Below are positions 1-5,805 of a stretch of DNA of 10,492 nt, piece by piece. Made by a program: the position numbers and the translations under genes. Under the pieces are notes generated by a model. The model made no database searches and had not been told where the DNA came from. It worked only from the letters and a program-made list of their open reading frames with translations. This DNA comes from PVC group bacterium (GTDB lineage Bacteria > Auribacterota > Erginobacteria > Erginobacterales > Erginobacteraceae): assembly GCA_043804695.1 (NCBI GenBank), contig JAZDIV010000008.1, positions 1 to 10,492 on the forward strand, written 5' to 3'. Each line of letters starts with the position of its first letter. Position 1 is the first letter of the stretch.

Positions 1-3
1 GGG

Positions 4-85
4 CGAAGCAATCTATTTTTTCATTCATAACCACCTCTTATCCAAAATGATGAGATTGCTTCGTCGCTGCGCTCCTCGCAATGAC
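4..85. repeat. Palindromic REP-like element (GCGAAGCAATC...GATTGCTTCG...CGCAATGAC type), 5' part cut by window edge
   Basis: Perfect 11-bp inverted repeat CGAAGCAATCT (4-14) / AGATTGCTTCG (53-63), followed by TCGCTGCGCTCCTCGCAATGAC (64-85). The partner of that tail (GTCATTGCG...) would lie upstream of the window. Resembles a widespread intergenic palindrome family (recalled, not searched). Confidence 0.7.
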
Positions 86-183
86 CTCTAAAATGCCTAA
101 AATCTGAATTATCGGACAGCCTCTGAAGGCTGCCGCTACGAAGTTAGAGCCGAAGAGCTACTTTCTAAAAAGGATCTTTCCTC

Positions 184-1005
184 ATGATTATTGATAAAAC
201 CAAGATTAAGGAGACGGTCGACTTTCTCCATTCACGGACCGGGATCAAGCCGGAGATCGGCATTATTCTCGGCTCGGGACTGGGCGCGGTGGTGAAGCTG
301 CTTGAGGACGCGATTCATGTCCCCTACGGGGAAATCCCCCACTTCCCGGTCTCTTCCGTCAAGGGCCACGGCGGCCAGCTGGCATTCGGCACCTTCGCCG
401 GCCGAGGGATCGTGGTGCAGGAGGGCCGGGTTCATTTTTACGAGGGGCTGGGAGCAGCCAAAATCATGTACCCTCTCTTCGTCATGAAAGCCTTCGGGGT
501 GACGACCATCATCAACACCAATGCCGCCGGGGGAATCAACCCCCATTTTCAGGAGGGGGATCTGATGCTGGTGAAGGACCATATCAATTTCATGTTCCTC
601 AACCCGTTGACCGGCCCCAACGATGAAAGCGTCGGCCCCCGGTTCCCGGACCTGGCCAAAGCCTACAACCCACAGCTGCGGGAGGTCGCCCGCGCGGCGG
701 CGCGAAAGATCGAGATCACCCTTCAGGAAGGGATACTGATCTCTTTTTCCGGTCCCAGCTACGAAACCCGGGCCGAGATCGCGATGGCCGCCGGCCTGGG
801 AGCAGACGCGGTCGGGATGTCGACGGTTCCGGAGGCCATTCTTTCCAGCTACCTGGGGCTGCGTTTTCTGGCCATCACCTTCATTTCCAACCTGGTCAGC
901 TCCACCCGGGTCGCGCCGCTGACCCATGAGGAAGTCACCCGGGGCGCCGCCGTCGCCAGCGGCAACCTGGCGAAACTTATCGGCGAGATTATTAAGGAGA
1001 TATAA
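184..1005 (+). CDS. punA: Purine-nucleoside phosphorylase, trimeric (PNP/MTAP) family, likely inosine/guanosine-specific
   Basis: 273 aa with motifs ILGSGLG, GRVHFYEG, TNAAGG, DHIN, GPRFPD, GPSYETRAE, DAVGMSTVPE, ISN (Asn typical of 6-oxopurine specificity) and HEEV. AAAAGGA lies upstream of the ATG. Confidence 0.96.
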   Translation: MIIDKTKIKETVDFLHSRTGIKPEIGIILGSGLGAVVKLLEDAIHVPYGEIPHFPVSSVKGHGGQLAFGTFAGRGIVVQEGRVHFYEGLGAAKIMYPLFVMKAFGVTTIINTNAAGGINPHFQEGDLMLVKDHINFMFLNPLTGPNDESVGPRFPDLAKAYNPQLREVARAAARKIEITLQEGILISFSGPSYETRAEIAMAAGLGADAVGMSTVPEAILSSYLGLRFLAITFISNLVSSTRVAPLTHEEVTRGAAVASGNLAKLIGEIIKEI

Positions 1006-1012
1006 ATTATCC

Positions 1013-1076
1013 CTCGTTCCCACGCTCCGCGTGGGAACGAAAATTTATTCGCTACCACGCTGAGCGTGGTAGTGAG
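1013..1076. repeat. Inverted pair of REP-like hairpins (REPIN-like doublet), possibly also a terminator for punA
   Basis: Hairpin 1: TCGTTCCCACGC-TCC-GCGTGGGAACGA (1014-1040, perfect 12-bp stem). Hairpin 2: CTACCACGC-TGA-GCGTGGTAG (1052-1072). The reverse complement of copy 2 aligns to copy 1. Confidence 0.85.
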
Positions 1077-1113
1077 TTGGATACGCGGTATTTTCAAAGA
1101 GCTAAAGTGTTAC

Positions 1114-1195
1114 TAAATGACAAACTCCCTATCGCAAAATGGCCTCGCTTGCCCTACGGGTTGTTTTGAATTTGGTGCTTGTTCTTTGGGATTTG
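1114..1195. repeat. Degenerate 7-bp-period repeat tract (TTTGGxx type) with a weak complementary left arm
   Basis: Right arm TTTTGAA/TTTGGTG/CTTGTTC/TTTGGGA/TTTG at 1164-1195; left arm TAAATGA/CAAACTC at 1114-1127. Confidence 0.45.
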
Positions 1196-1202
1196 CCTCC
1201 AC

Positions 1203-2468
1203 ATGGCTGATATTCAAGAAGTCATCGAAAAAATCCACCCGGGACTAGAACTGCCCCCTGAAATTAAAACGCTCCTCTCCGGGATCACTTTCTCGGAAGA
1301 GGCGCTCCTGAATGCCTCCCCTTCCCGGCTCGCTCTCCCCTTCTCCCTTCCGGAGCTGGGGCGGATGCTGGCGATGATCGGGGAAAGGATTGCCGGCAAT
1401 GAGCCGATCTATCTCCGGGAGGGAGACTCCCCGGACGCAATCGCGGCCGGGGCCCTGGTCAGGCGGATATTTAAAAAATGCCGTCCGGCGGACAGGCCGG
1501 AAACGGCCGGCGGCCGGGCCGTGCTTGATCTCTCCCGTCCGGGGGGGATGTTTTTCCGTGCCGGCGGTTCATCCGTTTCCGTACCCTCAGCGATCCCTGA
1601 CGGCGGGCACTACGCCCTCAGCGGGCTGGTGTTCAAGCTGGGGGAGGCGCGGCACCTTGCCGGGGAGAAAGACTTCGGGAAGAACTACGTCGCCTTCGAC
1701 CTTGAGACCACCGGAAAAACACCCGGGAGTGACGAGATCATCGAGATCGGAGCGGTCAGGATACACAACGGCCGCCTGGGAAAAGAGTTCAGCGCGCTGG
1801 TCAAGCCCTCCCGTCCTTTATCGGCCGGGATATCACAACTGACCGGAATTACGTACGATGACCTGAAAGACGCCCCACCGCTGGAAGAGGTCCTGCCCGC
1901 CTTCCTGACATTTATCGGCGATGACACCCTGATCGCCCACAACATCGACTTCGATTACCCCTTTCTCTCCCATGCTTCCCGGAAGCACCTGGGCAAACGC
2001 CTGAACAACGAGACCTACTGCACCCTGGTCCAGGCGCGGGCCCGGATGCCGGGACAAAGCCACCGCCTGGGCGCGGTCGCCCAAGCTCTCGGAATCGAAC
2101 AAAAAGACTGGCATCGGGCGACGGCGGACGCCCGGACGGCGGCGCTCATCTTCCTTCATTTCCGGGAAGAAGACAGCGCCCCCGGACGCTACGCCTACTT
2201 CCGGTCGGCCGTCGGAACGGCCTGCCTGGGGAGCATCGCGGCCGGGGTTCCGCTCCGCGGCGACACCGCGGTGTTCTTCCGCTGCGGGTTCGATGAAATC
2301 CTCTCCGCGTATTCGTCCGGAGAGAAATACCTCCGGAAACACCCGGGCAAAATCCCGGAAACCGACCGGCGGCTTTCCCGATACCTGGACTCCCGGTGGA
2401 GGAGGAAACGGAACCGGGCCGTTTGTCGGCTCATCCAGCGCGCGGCCGAGGAGGCCGCCAGGACATAA
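1203..2468 (+). CDS. DEDDh 3'-5' exonuclease (DnaQ/PolC-exo-like) domain flanked by degenerate RecJ DHH-domain segments
   Basis: ExoI VAFDLETTG, ExoII IAHNIDFDYPFL and ExoIII WHRATADA are intact (about 1686-2165). The flanks resemble the RecJ N-terminal half (see findings). ATG 1203 is preferred over TTG 1179, which lies inside a repeat tract. Confidence 0.88.
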   Translation: MADIQEVIEKIHPGLELPPEIKTLLSGITFSEEALLNASPSRLALPFSLPELGRMLAMIGERIAGNEPIYLREGDSPDAIAAGALVRRIFKKCRPADRPETAGGRAVLDLSRPGGMFFRAGGSSVSVPSAIPDGGHYALSGLVFKLGEARHLAGEKDFGKNYVAFDLETTGKTPGSDEIIEIGAVRIHNGRLGKEFSALVKPSRPLSAGISQLTGITYDDLKDAPPLEEVLPAFLTFIGDDTLIAHNIDFDYPFLSHASRKHLGKRLNNETYCTLVQARARMPGQSHRLGAVAQALGIEQKDWHRATADARTAALIFLHFREEDSAPGRYAYFRSAVGTACLGSIAAGVPLRGDTAVFFRCGFDEILSAYSSGEKYLRKHPGKIPETDRRLSRYLDSRWRRKRNRAVCRLIQRAAEEAART

Positions 2469-2480
2469 CGATAATTATTA

Positions 2481-2637
2481 CCACGGAGAACGCGGAGAAA
2501 AGGAATCTATGCTGAATGGAGTAATGGAGTGTTGGAGTACTGGAGTATTGGAATAAAAACTAGTCTGTCGGGTATGGTCTCCCATCACTCCAACACTCCA
2601 CTACTCCAATACTCCATGTTGTCTGTAATCTCCGTGG
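2481..2637. repeat. Composite inverted element, copy 1: CCACGGAGA...(TGGAGTnn)n...(nnACTCCA)n...TCTCCGTGG
   Basis: Outer perfect 9-bp IR at 2481-2489/2629-2637. Octamer array TGGAGTAA/TGGAGTGT/TGGAGTAC/TGGAGTAT/TGGAAT at 2517-2554. Complementary array TCACTCCA/ACACTCCA/CTACTCCA/ATACTCCA at 2585-2616. Confidence 0.9.
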
Positions 2638-2677
2638 CTTTTATAGTTTCAATTCTTTCCAGCATGGAGGTGCAATA

Positions 2678-2917
2678 ATGAAGCTTCGCGTGGTGATTGA
2701 CCGGATCGAGGACGGCAGGTTCGCCGTCCTCGAGATCGAGGGGGTGGCCGGAGACTTTATCTGGCCGGTGGAGTTTTTACCGGAAGGCGTCCACGACGGC
2801 AGTATCCTGGACTTCATTATCGAGACAAACCCGGAAGCGGAGGCCGAGCAGAGGGAGAAGATGAAGCGCCTCCAGGAAGAACTGCTGAGAAGGACCAGAG
2901 AAAAGGATAAGGGTTGA
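2678..2917 (+). CDS. DUF3006-family small protein
   Basis: 79 aa with the pattern VIDRIE...AVLE...LPEGVHDGSIL and a C-terminal charged helix, typical of DUF3006. Strong RBS GGAGGTG at 2666-2672. Confidence 0.85.
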   Translation: MKLRVVIDRIEDGRFAVLEIEGVAGDFIWPVEFLPEGVHDGSILDFIIETNPEAEAEQREKMKRLQEELLRRTREKDKG

Positions 2918-2925
2918 TTGAAAAA

Positions 2926-3097
2926 ATAAAACGCCCCCGGTGGGTTTATCCCACCGGAGCGGAAGTCCAAAAGCTAACAGGCGTCAGAAAATATAAAACG
3001 GCCCCTGCCGCTTTACGCGGCAGGGGAGAAAGTTCTGAGCTGCTATCATTTGACAGCTGTGAACTGATTCACCTGCCGGATAAACCGGCAGGGGTCG
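2926..3097. repeat. Cluster of three related GC-stem hairpins with TTTA(T/C) loops between convergent genes; probable bidirectional terminator role
   Basis: A: CCGGTGGG-TTTAT-CCCACCGG (2937-2957). B: CCCCTGCCGC-TTTAC-GCGGCAGGGG (3002-3026). C: CCTGCCGG-ATAAA-CCGGCAGG (3072-3092, inverted orientation). A and B are both preceded by ATAAAACG. Confidence 0.8.
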
Positions 3098-3119
3098 GGG
3101 CTTAAGCGAGCCGTTGTTA

Positions 3120-3968
3120 TTATTTCGAATACACTATCCCCGCGTATCCGACAAACGACTCGTTCGGATAGATATCGTAACTGGTCAGGTAGGAGATCAG
3201 TTCCCCCCGGCTGACCCCCGATTCCCGGGCAAAGGAGATGGCCGCGGCGGCGCCGCCCGCGGAACAGGCCGACTGGTTCTCCCCGGCGTGTGTGATGGCG
3301 CCCGCGGCATCCAGGGCCAGCAGCTTCCCGATGAATCCCCGGTCGTTGACCTCCTTGACCCACGCCACCGCCTCCTTCCCTCTCCCGGCGGGAGAGAACC
3401 CGTAGTTGCTGCCGTAATGGGTCAGGTCGGTTGAGCCGAGGACGGCGACGTTTCGCCCCAGTTCATCGGCGGCTTTTTTGACCGCCTTTCCGAGTTCCAC
3501 GGCGGCGGGAGAAGGGGCAGCCCGGAGGGAAAGCGCCCGGCTTCGCGGAAAGAGGTGCCTGATGAAGGGCAGCTGAATTTCGACCGTGTTATCGGGGTGC
3601 CGGTCCTCCCGGAGAGGGGTAGCGCAGCAGGAACCGATCTTTTCCAGGAGCGCGAGATCCGCGTCAATCGTTCCCAGGGGAGTCTCGTATCCCTCCTCGA
3701 AAGCGGCCAGGAGGCCGGACGAGGGGCCGAGATGCCCTCCCACCACCACGATGGTATCCACGGATTTGCGGAGGCGCCGGAGAACCGCCAGGGCGCACCG
3801 CCCCGAGAATTCCCACCCGGCGTGGGGGGCGATCCCTGCGACCCCCGTTACCTCCCCCTCCGGGGGAAGACCCCCGATATCCCGCAGATACTTCTCAATG
3901 GTCTTCCGCGTCTCTTCCGCGGTCCCCGGGTACCAGCCCGGGGGCAGCACTCTCTCCCTGATCTTCAT
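3120..3968 (-). CDS. amrB: AmmeMemoRadiSam system protein B (MEMO1 family, class III extradiol dioxygenase-like fold)
   Basis: Motifs GWYP, IAPHAGWEFSG, VVGGH, YETPLG, EIQLPFI, GSTDLTHYG and SAC. Start set at ATG 3968 (MKIRER), which has AAAGGGAAG upstream. Confidence 0.92.
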   Translation of the reverse strand: MKIRERVLPPGWYPGTAEETRKTIEKYLRDIGGLPPEGEVTGVAGIAPHAGWEFSGRCALAVLRRLRKSVDTIVVVGGHLGPSSGLLAAFEEGYETPLGTIDADLALLEKIGSCCATPLREDRHPDNTVEIQLPFIRHLFPRSRALSLRAAPSPAAVELGKAVKKAADELGRNVAVLGSTDLTHYGSNYGFSPAGRGKEAVAWVKEVNDRGFIGKLLALDAAGAITHAGENQSACSAGGAAAAISFARESGVSRGELISYLTSYDIYPNESFVGYAGIVYSK

Positions 3969-4098
3969 TGTTTTCTTCCCCTTTATTAGCCGCAAAAAGA
4001 CATAAAAGAAAAATGTACCCCCGCCCCTCGCCCCCTTTATTTAACAGACGATTGACTGTGATTAAATATGATTCACGGCCTCTACCTCGGCCCCGTGT

Positions 4099-4315
4099 CG
4101 TTCGACGTTGAATGTTTGACGTTGGATGTTCAGTTTTTTCTCCAGCCGTTGCTCACCGAACACAGATTATCGGAGCGCAGCAGAGATCCCGAGTCACCCC
4201 GGTGGTACCGGGGTGCTTTTCGTGACCGATCACAGATTACCGATTACTGATCACTGCATCCCCGGGCGCCATGCGCTCTGCTCTCTGCGCTATGCATTTT
4301 CCCGTTGGACGTTCG
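4099..4315. repeat. Patchwork of three different 7-bp tandem repeat families with an embedded hairpin
   Basis: (C/T)GTTNNA x5 at 4099-4133 and again at 4303-4315. (C/T)ACNGAT-like units at 4154-4174 and 4224-4256. GCGCTNT-like x4 at 4266-4295. Hairpin CACCCCGGT-GGT-ACCGGGGTG at 4195-4215. Confidence 0.85.
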
Positions 4316-4320
4316 TCTCT

Positions 4321-5292
4321 TTAAGCAATCAGCCTGGTCTTCCCTTCCGTGTCGATGACAAACTGCTGTTTCCCGGTCCAGACTACCGCGATCCCCCCGT
4401 GGAAATCGGTGGCGTCGTCAAAACGGGCTTCGGTCATCAGCTCCCCGGTTCTGTCGATGTAACTCCACCAGTCGTAAAGCATGATCCGCGCCTGGCCGTC
4501 GGAAAACGGGAAGGCACGGTCAAAAAGAGAGTCGATCACCCCCCGCCCGTTTTTGTCGATGTATCCCCACTTGCCTCCGGTTCGGGCCCGGAGGACCTCG
4601 TCATAGGTCCTCTCCACGGCCACCGGGGCCAGTCCTTCCGAAAAATCATACGCGTAATCGAAAACCGGAGGGCAACGATACCTGCCCGGCCGGTCGATGA
4701 AACCCCACTTGCCACCGCTGTTCACCCGGGCCAATCCTTCGGAAAAAGCTTCCGCCCAATCGAATTCCGCCCGGACAACCCGTTCTCCGGAAGGACCGAC
4801 ATACCCCCATTTCCGCTCCCCCTCCATCCTGACCGCCGCCAGACCTTCGGAAAAATCCCCGGCCGAGTCAAAGCGGGGCGGGATCACGAACTCGCCATCC
4901 CGGCCGATGAACCCGGCGGAACCGCCCACCGAGGCCCGGGCCAGGCCGTCAAAGAATCTGCCGGTCAGCGAGAAACGGGGACGGATGGCCATTTTTCCGG
5001 CCGCGTCGATATACCCCCAGCGATGCCGCGCCGGACCGGGCGGGATGACGGTGGCCAGTCCATCCGAGAAAGAAAACGCTTCCTTGAACCGGGGTTTGAT
5101 CACCATCCGGCCGGTATCATCTATGTAGCCATACCGCTGGCGGACCGTGCCCGTCAGTGATCTTCCGGGGAGAGACACCAGGGCCAGGCCCTCGTAAAAC
5201 GGAAAGGCGAGGTCAAATCGGGGCTGGATGACCCAGGCCGCCTCCCGGTTGACGTATCCGAACCGGCCGTTTTTCTTTACCGGTAACAGCAT
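4321..5292 (-). CDS. WG-repeat (KWG / WG_beta_rep) protein, about 8 repeats, probable beta-propeller
   Basis: Eight units of (K/R)WG(Y/F)IDxxGxxVIxPxFDxAxxFSEGLAxV plus a partial C-terminal unit. No signal peptide or catalytic domain is visible. Confidence 0.92.
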   Translation of the reverse strand: MLLPVKKNGRFGYVNREAAWVIQPRFDLAFPFYEGLALVSLPGRSLTGTVRQRYGYIDDTGRMVIKPRFKEAFSFSDGLATVIPPGPARHRWGYIDAAGKMAIRPRFSLTGRFFDGLARASVGGSAGFIGRDGEFVIPPRFDSAGDFSEGLAAVRMEGERKWGYVGPSGERVVRAEFDWAEAFSEGLARVNSGGKWGFIDRPGRYRCPPVFDYAYDFSEGLAPVAVERTYDEVLRARTGGKWGYIDKNGRGVIDSLFDRAFPFSDGQARIMLYDWWSYIDRTGELMTEARFDDATDFHGGIAVVWTGKQQFVIDTEGKTRLIA

Positions 5293-5347
5293 GTTAAAAT
5301 TTTTCCCGAAAAATTTTATTATAAAGATCTCAAAACCAGATTCGGGA

Positions 5348-5527
5348 TCAGACGGAGGTGTCTTTTCGCCGCAATAGTTCGATTATCTGTTTTTGAGCAT
5401 TGTCCTGACGCTCGTAAAAGCGATAGGTGGCTTCCATGAAGTCGACCGCTTTCATCCCCACCTTCACTGTCACCGTTGCCATCACGGCAATCGAGAGCAA
5501 AAAAACAACCAGGACTAATTCAATCAT
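5348..5527 (-). CDS. Small hypothetical membrane protein (59 aa; N-terminal TM helix and charged helical tail)
   Basis: GGAGG RBS (5539-5535) upstream of ATG 5527. Hydrophobic N-terminus IELVLVVFLLSIAVMATVTV. Fills an otherwise empty gap co-directional with the WG gene. Confidence 0.7.
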   Translation of the reverse strand: MIELVLVVFLLSIAVMATVTVKVGMKAVDFMEATYRFYERQDNAQKQIIELLRRKDTSV

Positions 5528-5563
5528 AATTTTTCCTCCGGAAAAATTATTGTTAAATAACAT

Positions 5564-5805
5564 AAGAAAACATGTCCAATAGTTTAAATTAGCTTTTCCG
5601 GAGCTAATTTAGTATTGTATTCTGAAAGCAAGATAGGGATTTGCCATACGATAAAAAATAAAAATTGATAGTATAATTTCAATAAGTCACGCTTCAACCT
5701 CCACATTGGATTATTCATACTTTGTTGAATAATCCAAGTTAAAATCCATCTACAGCGTCAGTCCGGTTATATCCTTACTACATTAGCGCCGGAGGCGCTA
5801 ATGTA
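5564..5805. promoter_or_regulatory. AT-rich divergent promoter region containing three perfect inverted repeats
   Basis: IRs at 5585-5611 (10-7-10), 5706-5737 (12-8-12) and 5779-5805 (12-3-12). TATAAT at 5672-5677 on + has no correctly spaced -35. The flanking genes diverge. Confidence 0.6.

Noticed and set aside
1179..2468. Annotation as dnaQ/polC or as a functional recJ
   Set aside because: There is no polymerase or PHP domain, and the RecJ catalytic motifs and DHHA1 domain are missing. Neither symbol is justified.
2517..2616. Octamer arrays as a CRISPR array, or as coding sequence (tail of ORF 2293..2556, MECWSTGVLE)
   Set aside because: The units are 8 bp, contiguous and spacer-less, with no cas genes. 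The peptide is simply the translated repeat in a shadow frame.
2914..3105. 63-aa ORF overlapping the DUF3006 stop codon
   Set aside because: It runs entirely through the hairpin cluster and has no protein-like features or homology cues.
4126..5160. 344-aa + strand ORF
   Set aside because: Antisense shadow of the WG-repeat gene. It starts within heptamer repeats and has no recognisable motifs.
5348..5563. Small ORF as a type IV pilin (GG|KIMIELVLVV, Glu at +5)
   Set aside because: The +1 residue would be Lys rather than Phe/Met, the 'GG' codons are the GGAGG RBS for ATG 5527, and no pilus genes are nearby.
5628..5677. Sigma70 promoter TTGCCA...TATAAT, or a sigma54 site on the minus strand
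   Set aside because: The -35/-10 spacing is 25 bp, and the GG-to-GC spacing is 14 rather than 10.
5564..5800. Cobalamin or SAM riboswitch upstream of the radical SAM gene
   Set aside because: No B12-box or SAM-I core consensus was recognised in this very AT-rich region. An Rfam scan would be decisive.
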